Of a DNA stretch of 64,000 nucleotides, positions 26,471 to 39,788 are shown one piece after another. Within the stretch, counting starts at the first letter, position 1. Every line of letters starts with the position of its first letter. The DNA comes from Octopus bimaculoides (taxonomy: Eukaryota), in NCBI RefSeq assembly GCF_001194135.2, contig NC_068998.1, forward strand, positions 22,379,459 through 22,443,458, in the 5' to 3' direction. The notes below the pieces were generated by a model, which searched no databases, had not been told where the DNA came from, and was given only the letters and a program-made list of their open reading frames with translations. Made by a program: the position numbers and the translations under genes.

Positions 26471-26489
26471 AATGAACTTACAAAAAGGC

Positions 26490-27005
26490 GAAATTTGAGT
26501 TCAACGTAAATACGTACGAAATGCCACTAAGCCCAGCGTGCTAACTACTCTAACAACTCGCCTCCTTAAATGCACTAGTAATAATGATTTCAAATTTTGG
26601 CACTAGGCCAGCAATTTTGTTGGAAGGGATAAGACTATACTATCAACCCCCTAACACTTAACTGGTACCTATTTTATCGATCGTGAAGACAAAGGCAATA
26701 TCGATCTCGACGCAATTTGAACTCTGAATGTAAAGATGGATGAAATACTGCTAAGCATTTAACCAGGCGTGCTAAAGATTCTGCCATCTCGCCACCTTAA
26801 ATGTACTACTAATAATCTTTTCTACTATAGTACGAGGCCGGGAATTTGAGGGGAAGGGGATGATCGATCACATCGACCACAGTACTTGACTGGTACTTAA
26901 TTTATTGACACTGAAACGATGGAAGGCACAATCGACCACGGATGAAATGTCGCTAAGCATTTTGCCCATCGCGCTTACGATTCTGCCATCTCACCGTCTT
27001 AAATG
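26490..27005 (-). mobile_element. three head-to-tail SINE family B copies
   Basis: The junction cc.ttaaatg.acta.taata recurs at about 26565, 26797 and 26999. Bodies carry ttaactggtac.ta.ttta, ga..aaggca, ctaagcattt, gattctgccatctc. Confidence 0.85.
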
Positions 27006-27044
27006 CACTAGTAATAACGAAATGTTTTTATTAACACCGTCCCT

Positions 27045-27270
27045 CTCGTTGTCGTCGTCGTCATCATCATCGTCCTCAACATCATCGTCATCATCGTCGT
27101 CGTCGTCGTCGTCATCGTTGCTGTCTTCATGGTCGTATTCATCATCACCACCACCAACAACACCATCATCATGATCTCATCATCATCATCATCATCATCA
27201 TCATCACCATAATGATCATCATCATCATGATCATCATCATCATCAAGAAAAAACATCATTATCACCGTCA
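27045..27270. repeat. (CAT)n/(CGT)n degenerate microsatellite
   Basis: Direct reading. Confidence 0.95.
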
Positions 27271-28130
27271 TTACGTGTCATTACGGACTCATTTTCCATT
27301 TCCGCTCAAAAGAAAAAGAATCTTATTGGTTGGGAATCCCTGAGAATAGATTTAGACATTAGTTCTATGTTAAAATACGCAATAGAGTACTACCTGAACC
27401 TGCAGAAATATTTTCACTTAATGCTTCTACAACAGCAGAATATATGTAGCTAAATCAAATCTTGTCAGATAATGGTGTCTAATGATTTCATAATGACGTA
27501 ACTATTTCCTGTGCACCTTTGTTAATTGTACACTACGCATAAACGTTCAATAGACCATGATATTTCATCGAATGAATATGCACCAAGCATAAAAAAAAAT
27601 ATTAGATAAGTATCACCTAAATGTATTCAATACAAACGCAACGTTCTTTCAATAGACTTCTTTCTGATGTTTCCCTCCTTGCTTTTTCTACATTATAAAT
27701 ATCTATACAATAAATGTACTCAGTATATCCAGAACGTTACGTACACCGTTCCAATTCACAATATCCCTCGCTAGGTATTTCCAATTTCATACGGAATTCC
27801 ATTTATGTAGGAAAAAATTATAAGGGAAGTATCATTCCAATAAGAAATATTGATAACATTTACATAATGAAATTTATGAAAGTTACCAGTTTTCCATTCC
27901 GTTTTACATTTATAAGAACGGAACCTTTTATATGTGAATAAATGACAGATATCCTTTCCGTGTGTATGACTCTATTCTCATACATCTTTGTAAATAACTT
28001 ATGTATCTATGTCAATATAAAATTTCGAAATTATAGGAATGTAATTTTTTGGGAGCATTGCATAAGTTGTCATTGCATTTTACTATTTTTCTTTGAAAAC
28101 AAATTGCAAATTTCAATACACACTGACTAT

Positions 28131-28152
28131 ACTACTATTACTACTACTACCT

Positions 28153-28222
<70 letters not shown>

Positions 28223-28254
28223 CACTGCTGCTACTGCTGCTACTGCTGCTAATA

Positions 28255-28314
<60 letters not shown>

Positions 28315-28315
28315 G
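28131..28315. repeat. (CTA)n-(CTG)n-(CTA)n microsatellite
   Basis: Direct reading; explains poly-T/A/L/Y ORFs. Confidence 0.98.
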
Positions 28316-28385
28316 GAGAGTTGCATTAATGATAGAAAAAAAGAGTCAAATAATTGGAGCAAAAAGTGCAAAATGTCAACAATGT

Positions 28386-28748
28386 CCCGGGTTCAGTCCC
28401 ACTGCGTGGCATCTTGGGCAAGTGCCTTCTACTATAGCCTCGGGCCGACCAATGCCTTGTGAGTGGATTTGGTAGACGGAAACTGAAAGAAGCCTGTCGT
28501 ATATATGTATATATATATATGTATGTGTGTATGTGTTTGTATGTCTGTGTTTGTCCCCCCAACATCGCTTGACAACCGATGCTGGTGTGTTTATGTCCCC
28601 GTAACTTAGCGGTTCGGCAAAAGAGACCGAAATAATAAGTACTAGGCTTCCAAAGAATAAGTCCTGGGGTCGATTTGCTCGACTAAAGGCGGTGCTCCAG
28701 CATGGCCACAGTCAAAAAGACTGAAACAAGTAAAAGAGTAAAAGAGTA
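28386..28748 (+). mobile_element. SINE family A (tRNA-derived, CORE-like segment), near full length
   Basis: B-box-like gggttcagtccc, then ttgggcaagtgcctt (CORE-SINE-like), internal (TA/TG)n, 3' ggcggtgctccagcatggccacagtc and a gagtaaaa tail. Highly similar to the 50995 copy. Confidence 0.92.
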
Positions 28749-29034
28749 ATCGAGTAAATATATGTATATACACAAAATGAAAGTACTTCAAGAATCTGAT
28801 GTAAAATCTATGTTGAAAATATCGTCCATTATATGGATTATATTCTTGCATGAAAGCAACACTTGCTTACTACCAATGACCAATGTCAATGCAAGGAAAC
28901 AATAGCAGTCACCCTAGCACATATGTATATGTATAAAATACTTTCTCACCTTCTCGAGCGTCAAACTAATATACCTGCTTGTTGTTTATACACCCTTCTT
29001 CGCCTTTTGTCTGTCTGCAAATTTCAACTGTATA

Positions 29035-29178
<144 letters not shown>

Positions 29179-31214
29179 AGGTAGGTAGATAGTTATAGAT
29201 ATAGTAGGGAAAAATTTCGTTGAAGAGATTTTCCCACATTTTCAGTTGTTGGGAGAAAATATATAATAAGTATGTATGTATGTATATGATGGACTCAGTT
29301 TTGCCCCATGAGGATCCGAAGTTTTCGCCAATTCAAAGTAAATAGGAATTTATTAACATGTTGGGGTGTGTTAGAAAATGTGAAAGTAAATTTATTGAAG
29401 ATTAATAATAACGCGTGATAAAATGTTATAGTGTTCCACACGCACAGAAGTAATTGTGTTTTACTTCCAAAACATTCCTAGTACAATCCTAGCTCTTACG
29501 GCATAATTACATGGCCTGAATTTCAGGTTTTATACGCATTTCCGATATAATTTAAGAGTTACATTATATAAAATTAGCATATGATTTTACTAGGTAACTA
29601 AAATACATTAGTTTGAATCATTTTAATAAATCAGAAACTTAGAGAAAAACATAATTTAACAGACAATTGTATTGCGTATTAACAGTAATTAAACGGTGGA
29701 TGCATGTTGTAGAGAACATGTCGTCAGAGCACAAATATACATATCATGAAATGTTTTGTGATTATCATAGATATCATGATGACCTTCATCACTGACATAT
29801 GATATTAGTCCAACTCTATTTCCAAGAAAAGACATTCAGGAAGTAATATATAAAATGAATAATAATAACCCTAATAGTCAGAACGTTTAATTCTTTCTAA
29901 TATTGTACATTGTTAATTCCAATATAGCGTGAATTTTATGTTCTTGTTTAGCGTATTGAAAAAGTTTAGATTAAAAATATAAACGTATTTGCTAACGACG
30001 TTACTTTTGTAATATCACTAAAATAAAGATACACTGTTATGAAAATGAATATCTTACTAACGGGCACATTGAATTTGTCAAGTAGCAATCGTTATTTCAA
30101 AGCCTAGAGTATGCATTTGAAAATTTGAAAGCAAACGTTATCAATTGTCTCTATAACCTTTGTAACCATTCTGTTCATACAGAAAAGCAGTGGGGTCAAC
30201 TTTGGTATTAAAGTATTTAGAGATAAATATTCATTATCAATACACAAAGAAATAGACGACTAATGCAGATCAATTCTATTTGTTTCTGTACTTGCAACAT
30301 TTAAGAACTACAACGACAATGGAAATTAGACGACATGGATATAAAGATTAAGAAAAGAAGTATCAGCAATAAAGCAGCATATTAAAGAATATTAGAAAAA
30401 CAAATACTTCTCAGAATTAACTATTTGTATGAACGTACAGCGTATTGTGTAGAACATCAAATGAATTAAACAGATGAAGTAAAGAAAATACAAAGAATAG
30501 CTGAACGAATACCGTACAAGAATAACATCTAAATTAGTCGAAAGTTGTCTTTCAGTTAGAGAAAGGAATAAAAATCCATTCAAAATCTTTACCGATTTAC
30601 AATGCATTAACATAGTTATTTTAAGAATTTAAAAAATAATTCAGTTCCAATTATTATTGTGCTTCATCCAGTGGCTTGTATTAGCGACAATGTTGGGAAC
30701 AATGAAAATGTTTCGATATTATCTGGTTAGCGTAGTCCTTCAGACAGTAGATTTTAGAATACAAAATGTCATAAAAATAATTTTAGTTCTCATTATTTTG
30801 CATAAATTTATAACACAATGAAGAAATACCGCCAACAATCCAGCAGGATGGATTAAGGCAAATCAAATAGCGAGCACCGTAAAAAAATGTCATACCTGAT
30901 AGTCTAGCAAAATTGAAGACAGATTATAAAATCTAATGGCTATCGTTGGGGACACACATAGTTAAGAGACTAATTTATTGATTAATACATAGGTATTTCC
31001 TAACCGATTTAGGAAACAAAAATAAGACATTTCAGTTTGCATGACAAATATGATTTCTCAATTTTTTGACAGTGTCTTTCATTTACCTCTTTTTGTCAGA
31101 AATTATTCCTCCCAAATTTTATGCCGCCATTCTCTAGCTGTGTCATTGCATACGTCGAAACTTCCGCCAGCTTCTCTAATTTTGTGTGATAAAATAACAC
31201 TGTATCTTGTAATA

Positions 31215-31430
31215 TTGGCTTCAAATTTTGGCAAAGGGTCGGGAATTTCGAAGGAAGAGTTAAGTCGATTACATTGATCCCACTGTTCAAACGGTAGTTA
31301 CTTTATGAACCAGGAAAGGATGAAGGGGAAAGGTGAACCTAGGTGAAATTTGAGCGCTGAACATAAAGACGAACGAAATGCCGCTAAACATCTTGCCCGG
31401 CATGCAAACGATTCTGCTAGCTGGTCGCCT
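31215..31430 (-). mobile_element. SINE family B, diverged
   Basis: ttcaaattttggc...agtcgattacattgatccc...acgaaatgccgctaaacatc...gattctgctagct. Confidence 0.75.
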
Positions 31431-31658
31431 TACTGCATTTTGTGATGTTCAAAAGCAGAAGCTGCTATTCTTTTGAACTGACTGCTTATATCACTGAAAT
31501 AAGTAAATATTTCATTTGATATTCCTTTCTTAAATTTGTTATCCCGTGCAATATAAAGCCTATCAAGAATTGTAATAATAAAGAAATACAAATCTATTAA
31601 GTTCTCACTAAACTACCGGATCAGAAAAATGTGTTTGCTTACTCCTATCATCTTTGCA

Positions 31659-32412
31659 TAGGAGGTGGCATCAAAGATCTCCCGGACTAGTTATGTTTAA
31701 TAAAAATACCTTATGTACCTAAGTTTTAGCATCATCTCATTCGAAATAGTCACCTTGTGCAGCAGTACACTGGTCTCAGCGTGCCATTTTTGGAATCCGG
31801 CCTGGAAGATATTTGTCCTCAGCGAGTCGAAGTATTTCTGCGTTTCCCTCTTGAGCTCAGCAATGGGGAAGAGATGGAAGTCCGCAGGTGCTAAATCTGG
31901 CAAATAGGATGGGTGCAGAAGCGATACCATGTTGTTTTTGGCGAGAAATGCATGAGTGAGGAGAGCTCGGTGACAGGGTGCATAGACCTCGTGAAGACTC
32001 CAGTTGTTATGATTATCTGCACGGACCCATACGATAGACCAACTACATCAGCAATGTCGGTGATAGTCCTCCGACGATCTTCATGCACAAGCTCATTACT
32101 TTTCTCTACATTTCCCGAGATGACACTCATGGCAGGTCTTCCAAATCACTCATCGTCTTCCAGGGATGTTCCTCCGCTTTTGAAGCACCCGTGCCATTCG
32201 AAACATTGCGTAAGACCCATTGCCTCGTAGCCGTAAGTTTGCCAAGCCATGCGCAATGTCACTGTAGCAGACTTTCAAATTTAAACGCAATATTTGGCGT
32301 GTGCTATTTGGACAACATCCTATCTCTAACAAAATTGTGTGCAAGCAACCGTTTGCTGCCACCTGTTCACGGCCTATAGAACCAGTCTGGAAACTTTTTA
32401 TAGCTCCTCATA
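31659..32412 (-). mobile_element. internally deleted mariner with both ends
   Basis: Degenerate inverted ends (gaggtggcatcaaagatctcccggactagtt vs reverse complement gaggagctataaaaagtttccagactggtt) flanked by TA. Translation pieces: KSATVTL...YGYEAM..TQCFEW..FKSGGTSLEDD, VHEDRRRTITDIADVVGLSYGSVQII, and LHPSYLPDLAPADFHLFP (HPPYSPDLAPSD motif). Confidence 0.9.
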
Positions 32413-33599
32413 TATGTCTTTTTTCCTATAATTTCTACCGATATGTAGATGGTGTGCAACACGCAAAGATGAGGTTTAACAAACGTATTTGTAGTTGTTT
32501 CGTCCTATTTAGATTGGCAGTTTCACAATGTTAAATATTCAGTTGTTCTATCATTTTGCTAAACATCTAAATGAAGCCATGATTCAGTTTTATTGCTACC
32601 ATATGAAATGAATTCACAACGCCCATCATGAAAAGGGAAGTTTACTTCTATTTGGTATTTTAGTTTCGGCCATCTGTAGAAAATTAAAATGCTTAAAATG
32701 ATTTAAAAAAGAAGTTCGTCTGAAAACTAAGTGGAGATGTATGTAATGAGTTCTTTATTATAGTAAGCAAATTATGGTTTGTTTATCACTGAAAAGATAT
32801 TTTGTAGTAAAATCTTTATACCTCGAATACCAATGGTTCTTTAATTAACATGTCTGTGCTGGATAGAAATAGATATAATCTTCTTAAGCATTAATATAGT
32901 TCAACAACGCATTGCATGATGACTTGTTCTTGCTGTACAATTAAGTATTATAAAGTTGATAACACTGACGATGTGTATGAGTGCGTGTGTTTGGGTGTAT
33001 GTATTGGAATGCATGTGTGTAGGCAGTCATGTGTGCATAATAGAGCAAATATTGGTTCTGACGATTTGTTTACATTGGAAACGGCAGAGTAAAAATTTGA
33101 TAGTATAAACCGCCTTGTTCATTAATCCACAAGTTGCATCGCTTTAGCATCGCCATTAATGTTGAGAACTAATCAGTATAGCTATTAATTATATGGAAAG
33201 ACAATGTCTACAGTATTACTTTAATGTACTCGACTAACAGACGACAGTTATAATTCTGAACAATGTTTCTCTATAGCGACTAGGAAATTTTGTTAACTGT
33301 ATACACAATGCTTCTTGAATATATTATGTGAATAATGTTTATTTACTTTTATTTAGAGAGTGGAAAAAGCTTATTTTATTAAGAACTTCTTAGAAGCAGA
33401 TCAGTAATATCCTTTAAGTTGCTTAAATGTTAGTCTATAGTCAATACTTTAGCTGAACTGTCGTCGTAGCTTAATTCTTTGAAATATAATACGAGATAAG
33501 GTCTCTGAACTATAAAATATGCCTATACTTTATGTATTTCTCTAAATGAAGGTTCAAATATTTCTTAATACAAGAAATGCAAAGACCATTATTGTAAAA

Positions 33600-33686
33600 C
33601 CTTCATCATTACCGTAAGCTTCTTTCTCATCCTCCTCATCATCATTCTCATCAAAATCACCACCATCATAATCATCATCATCGTCG

Positions 33687-33746
<60 letters not shown>

Positions 33747-33785
33747 ATATCATCATCATCATCACTCCTATTGTCATCGTGTCAT
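33600..33785. repeat. (CAT)n microsatellite
   Basis: Direct reading. Confidence 0.97.
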
Positions 33786-34239
33786 TATTCGTGTTATCAT
33801 TTCTTCAATGTATACCTGCCTATAAAAACGTTTTTGGTTGTTACTACTCGTAACCTTACACTTGCAAAACAATCAAGGCACACCTGAATGCATGTTTTGC
33901 AGGCCTTGAATGGTTTTTCTCATCATGCAACGCTATTTCACATTTCTTCATACAATGGCAATGAAATTTCCTATTTTCCTTAAATAATATAGATATTCTA
34001 TTCTGCAATTCCTCTTGCAGCACACTACTCCCCAAAATTAAATATAAATATATATATGATACTTGATTTTTTCCTCAGCATTTTACAACATCATCCACAT
34101 TGAATATTCTTTATAAGTTTCCTCCGATGTTTCTATAACTATTCAGCTACCATAAATAACCCAAATGAAATCTGGGTTCGGAATTTGAAATATTTGAAAT
34201 TGTTCTTAATTTTTAGGAGGACGAGCTGATTAGACTGAT

Positions 34240-34453
34240 CTAAGTACGTAAAATTCTTTCAAAACTAGGCAAGGAAATGTAATCCGGGCGCCAGTCTGGC
34301 TTCACAGTATTATCGTTAACACATTTTCTAAGCAATTCATATAATTCCGGTGTGTGGAACAAAATAATTTTAGCCGCCCCAATGTTAAATGTTGATGGAA
34401 AATGAATAGCGGCCTTTGAAGCAATTTCTACGTGTTTGAGATATTCCAAGTGT
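34240..34453 (-). CDS. candidate exon, unassigned protein
   Basis: Acceptor aattactttgtacag| then a stop-free 68 codons HLEYLKHVEIASKAAIHFPSTFNIGAAKIILFHTPELYELLRKCVNDNTVKPDWRPDYISLPSFERIL. Ends at a weak donor (34248|gtactt) or a stop at 34240. Confidence 0.35.
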
Positions 34454-35450
34454 CTGTACAAAGTAATTTATATACTTCCCAGAAACCTACATCTTATAAC
34501 ATTTCTGGGTGTACGTGGAGAGACAGAAATTGTAGCGGACTTTTTCGAGAAATGTAACACCTTAGGTATTGAAATATTGAAATGATTCTTATCCGGTTTC
34601 AGCTTATATATGTTGATTATGTAATTTGAAATGAAAAACGCTGCAACAGGTTATTATCTAGAGACAGCTTAATGATCAAGCGCGAAATGCTTGCGTGTCA
34701 AGACAAAGGGAAACATATAAACAGACCGAATTTATCAATTTCATATGTAGGAAAACATACTTGAAAATAAGAATAATAAAAAGATTTGGACCTCAAACGT
34801 AGATAATTTAACAATTGTCACAGTCAAAACAATATACCAATCACTATTACGATATGTTTGGGAATGGTGAGAATGGCAGATTTAATTTGTAAACATAAAG
34901 TGTGTTTGCGGTCTCCTGATACATGCATGCTCCGGATAAGTTTAGATATGCGATACACATATTGCACTACCATGTGTGAAAACTAACAAGAGGAAAGTAA
35001 CATGTAAATATGTACGAGAATATAATATCTGTATATATTTATACAGACACACGTATATATNNNNNNNNNNNNNNNNNNNNNNNNNNNNNNNNNNNNNNNN
35101 NNNNNNNNNNNNNNNNNNNNNNNNNNNNNNNNNNNNNNNNNNNNNNNNNNNNNNNNNNNNNNNNNNNNNNNNNNNNNNNNNNNNNNNNNNNNNNNNNNNN
35201 NNNNNNNNNNNNNNNNNNNNNNNNNNNNNNNNNNNNNNNNNNNNNNNNNNNNNNNNNNNNNNNNNNNNNNNNNNNNNNNNNNNNNNNNNNNNNNNNNNNN
35301 NNNNNNNNNNNNNNNNNNNNNNNNNNNNNNNNNNNNNNNNNNNNNNNNNNNNNNNNNNNNNNNNNNNNNNNNNNNNNNNNNATATATATATATATATATA
35401 TATATACACTGTGAGCAGCATGCAACTGGTATAATATTATATTTCTATTA

Positions 35451-36075
35451 AGGCGGTGAGTTGGCAGAAACGTTAGCGCGCCGGGCGAAATGCTTAGTGG
35501 TATTTCGTCTGCCGTTACGTTCTGAGTTCAAATTCCGCCGAGGTCGACTTTGCTTTCATCCTTTCGGGGTCGATAAATTAAGTACCTGTTACGCACTGGG
35601 GTCGATGTAATCGACTCAATCTCTTTCTCTGCCCTTGTTTGTCCCCTCTATGTTTAGCCCTTTGCGAGAAAATAAAGAAAAATAAAGAAATAAGAAACTT
35701 TGGTACGCCGGGTGAAATAGTGGTATTTCATCCGTCTTTATGTTCTGAGTTCAAATTCCGCCTCCGTCGACTTTGCCTTTCATCATTTCGGGGTCATCTT
35801 CATCAGTCTAACCGACTACTGTCCCCTTCCCCCAAAATTCCGGGTCTTGTGCCTAGAGTAGAAAAGAATAAAAGGCGACTAGCTGACAGAAACGGGCAAA
35901 ATACTTAGCGGTATTTCGTCTGTCTTTACATTTTGAATTCAAACTCCAGCGAGGTCGACTTTGCCATTTATCCATTCGGGGTCGATACATTAAGTACCAG
36001 TTGCGTACTAGCATCAGTCTAATCGACTGGTCCCCTCCCCCAAAATGTTCGAGACCTGTGCCTAGAGTAGAAAAC
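35451..36075 (+). mobile_element. three head-to-tail SINE family B copies (tRNA-derived)
   Basis: A-box-like tggcagaaacgttag and B-box gagttcaaattcc. gaggtcgactttgc..tttcatcctttcggggtcgata recurs about every 200 bp, with gtgcctagagtagaaaa tails. Confidence 0.93.
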
Positions 36076-38399
36076 AATGTTATATTTTTATCTATTTTTA
36101 TGAGAAGCAGAATCAAATCCCGAATTTCACAGTGGATGTAATGCAAATAATATTAATACTGTCCCCTATCTCATTTGTATGAGGATTAGTTACGCACTTC
36201 TAGAATATGTGACCTAAAAGTAAAGTCTCATTTTCTGCAAGTTCGGTGAAATCCTTTTGATATTATACACGTGGGTAAAGAATTAAACCGTCTCTAACAT
36301 GACTATCGTATTGGAAATTATTGATGTAAACATTTTGTGTAAACCCTATACCTGTTTGATTGCTGCTTTGATAGCTTTTGATCTACACAATTGTCTATTC
36401 TCTCTTTCCTACCATATGTCACTCCCGACCAACTCATCTTTTCTCTTACCGTTTTTTTTTGTCGTGTCCAACAATGTCTATTACCAAGCACTAGGTTCCG
36501 TCTATCCTATTTGGACCATCGATACTTGGATAAACATACTTACTATGTCTTTCTAGTATTTATCACCTTCTAACAAAAAAGAAATACTTGACATCATTCT
36601 GAGTAGTATTGAAGTGATAACAAAATAAGAGGCCGATTCACATTTTCTCTGACATAACGAGTTAAAGAAAATCTAATTGCGAGGGGAAAATAGCTAAATG
36701 CATGGTGAGAGAGGTTGCAAAATACATGCTGTTTTGATAGTTTTTTTTCTGTTATTACATTTCGTTTTAGCTGACTGGAGGTGTATAGTAGACGATAAGT
36801 CGTTCAGAAGTCTGCATTCCATTTGTAACACTGCATATTTCTACATTTAGAAAGTTATTATGAAACGTATCTGTACTCGTATTTTAAGATTGGTATTTGA
36901 ATGATTATTCCTGCTAGGCTTTGCAGGGCGATTACCCGTATAGGGTTTTTTCAATGGTACGACATGAATTATGGCAATGCATTACGTTTAAATTTACTTG
37001 TTACCTAATCTGGAGATAATCATATATACAACATGCCAATTTTGAAATATAATTCAAGTATAGCAATTGTGTATTTTGACTGTACTTTTATTAAGATTAA
37101 TTTCTACACTGTATTTTCTAAGTTTAGGAAAATGGTATTATGCAGAATAACAGAGAATAGTTTAATATATTCCGTAATTTATCTGATCATATGGCCATGC
37201 TCTCTTAGGGATTGTGATTTTAAAATTCATTTCATGATAGATTAATTGATTTAGACATTAGCATAGCTACACTACACCAATAAATTCCATCAGAGAATAG
37301 GCTTCGTCAATGATAATACCACAGTGCATGATTGATTTTTCTGCAGCTGCTACATCAACTCAAAAAGTAAATAATAAAAATGATAGCATAAGTATGTATT
37401 GTAAGTGAAATCAATACATTTATTTGATTAGAAAATAAGTAAGAAATTTTGAATTTAATATTTTACAGGTAGTAATACGTTTTAGTTTTTCAAATCATTC
37501 CAAAGAAATATTAAAAGCTATATTTCTCTGCATTACCATAAATATAATTTTTGCTCGATAAATTGTTCTACTTTGTAAAATGTCTCTAATGTATAGCAGT
37601 AGAATTAATAAAATAAATAGGCACTGAAAAATCTCTAAGTAACCAATACCAATACTGATGATTGATAATGAACCTTTTAATATAAAAAAAGTATTGGACG
37701 TATATATTACAAAGGAAAATTCGGATAAGATCAGCTATTAAAAATAAAGTATGTAAAGTGAAGAGAATATGCTACATGAGGTATTCATTTAAAACATTTT
37801 CCTGTCGATTGATTTAAAATCCGAATTTCATCGAAAATTCATTGCTTTCCTTAGTAATTTTTAACAAGTATTTATTTATCATTTTAAAACTTACATGTTT
37901 ACGTTTGTATATACATACAAAGAATATGTTATTAGCGGTGATTGCGTATAAATAATGGGAAAAGGAATGTTAGTATGTGAACATGTACTAGACTGCAAGT
38001 GTGTATGTTCTCATACTTATAACATTATAGAAAAAATATATAAGTTTAGGAAAACTTATGAGGATAACTTTGGAAAGCATTTTTAATAGCTTACTGTCGC
38101 CCAAATGTATCGTAAATTATCATACTGTTTGCATCTGTGAAGTTTGAAACTTTGATGTTAACTGTCAGGGTTACGATGTTTGAAAGTTTCCGCTATCATC
38201 AACAGATTCAGTTACACTGTGTTTCCGGTACGTTCAGGCGGATTGATCTTGTGTGTGTTGCATAATCGATAAAACTTTCTGATAATGAAGTTTATGTAGA
38301 AATATGCATGTGTATGCAATGCCTTGAAACGTATTACACAAAACAAACCCATTACATATTCAATTGGTTTTCTTTAGATTGCTGTGATTTCTTTTCTGC

Positions 38400-38585
38400 G
38401 GAGTGTCATGGAGACGTGATTCGGGATTTCGGGCTATGATCACCAGATTCGATTCTCAAATGGAGCAATACTCATTTCCCTTGAGCAATCACTTTTTTCA
38501 CATTGCGTTTCCATGTTACATGAATACGAGAAGAAACGTTAATTGCGCAGTTAAATGAAGGTCATTTTTCGGATAATGAGTGTTT
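38400..38585 (+). mobile_element. degenerate tRNA-derived SINE (third family)
   Basis: CpG-rich head, gattcgattc B-box-like, cccttgagcaatcacttt.tcacattgc CORE-like segment. Confidence 0.4.
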
Positions 38586-39164
38586 TTGTAGAGTGGGGTA
38601 TTTCTAATTCAGCATTCTCTCTCGATTATAGAATTCTTATTTTTGTCTCATGACAGCCCGCTGCTGATACTGGAAGGTTTTATGCCATATCAGCATACAG
38701 GTTTGAAACCTTACAGACGGAAACATTTTGATAGTATTTTATATGTTTCGGCGCAAGTAAGCTACTAAAAATATATTGTGTAATGTGATGTATCATACAT
38801 TAACGTAATTTATGTTTAAAGAATATGATTAAGCGAAAAAGCATATACATAGTTATTATATATATGGTTGTAGTTCATATGAGATATAATTAGGTCGTTT
38901 ATGATCGAAAAGATTCATTACCCATAAAACATTTGCTACCGACACACATGGTTATCTTTTTGCTAGAATATCTCCCACAGTTTCCTTAAATTTTACAAAT
39001 TATTTTCTTGCTGTGTCAAAATATATAAGTTTATTTTGTTAATTTATTGTTCATGTTTGAGGGTGGCCATTTTCCCTTTATTCTGAGAATAAAAGAAACA
39101 ACCAATGAAATTTAGATAAACCGGAACAAGTATCAAAGTACATTAATTATATTATTTACATTTA

Positions 39165-39290
39165 ACGGATATGTGTCCTCATCTTGTTTGTTGTTAACAC
39201 AACGTTTCGGCTGATATACCCTCCAACTTTCATCAGAAGTCTTGGGGAAATTTCGAACCTGTGTTCTCACTCTTAAGGTATTTTTCGATG
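39165..39290 (-). mobile_element. short PLE-end-like repeat carrying a hammerhead motif
   Basis: Minus strand: ...ggttcgaaatttccccaagacttCTGATGAaagttggagggtatatcagccGAAACGTTgtgttaacaacaaacaagatgaggac. Confidence 0.6.
39196..39243 (-). ncRNA. minimal type-I hammerhead motif, stems partly degenerate
   Basis: CUGAUGA at 39236-39230, extra A, stem II AGUUG/CAGCC (4 of 5 paired including G-U), GAA, palindromic ACGU stem III, cut after U39201, stem I GACUU/GUGUU (one mismatch, two wobbles). Confidence 0.55.
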
Positions 39291-39304
39291 TTATTATTAT
39301 TATT

Positions 39305-39640
39305 TATTTCCCCTTCTTTCTACAAATATTCTTCCATTTCTCGCCGATTGTTTTCCGTACACCTAGGACAGAGAAGCTCATTGTACGCATTCCCAGTTTA
39401 CATACGCAAATTCAGAGGTAAAATATGTATTTAAAAAGGTTAATAAATAAATAAATTCATGAATGGATGCTGTTTTCATAGCGTTAATGCTCTTCTTAGT
39501 ATATGAGTCGTTCCAGCTAACACGATATCAAGATTTCTTACACTTCCTGTTGGGATGGTAAGTCTGGTATCATTTTCAAATAGGTTTCAGTACCCTTTTT
39601 TATCATTTCTAGAAATCGTACAATCACTGGTTCGGTGATT
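39305..39640 (-). mobile_element. R4/Dong-like element 3' end (5'-truncated)
   Basis: PVIVRFLEMIKKGTETYLKMIPDLPSQQEV and GTTHILRRALTL* match the RLE-ORF C-terminus. A 3' UTR follows, ending in an aataataat tail near 39300. Confidence 0.75.
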
Positions 39641-39665
39641 ATTATTATTATTATTTTTATTAATA

Positions 39666-39748
<83 letters not shown>

Positions 39749-39788
39749 ATTATTATTATTATTATTATTATTGTCATTGTTATTGTTA

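Noticed and set aside
27714-27975. Frames open on both strands in register
   Set aside because: Under 80 codons, no splice signals or recognisable motif.
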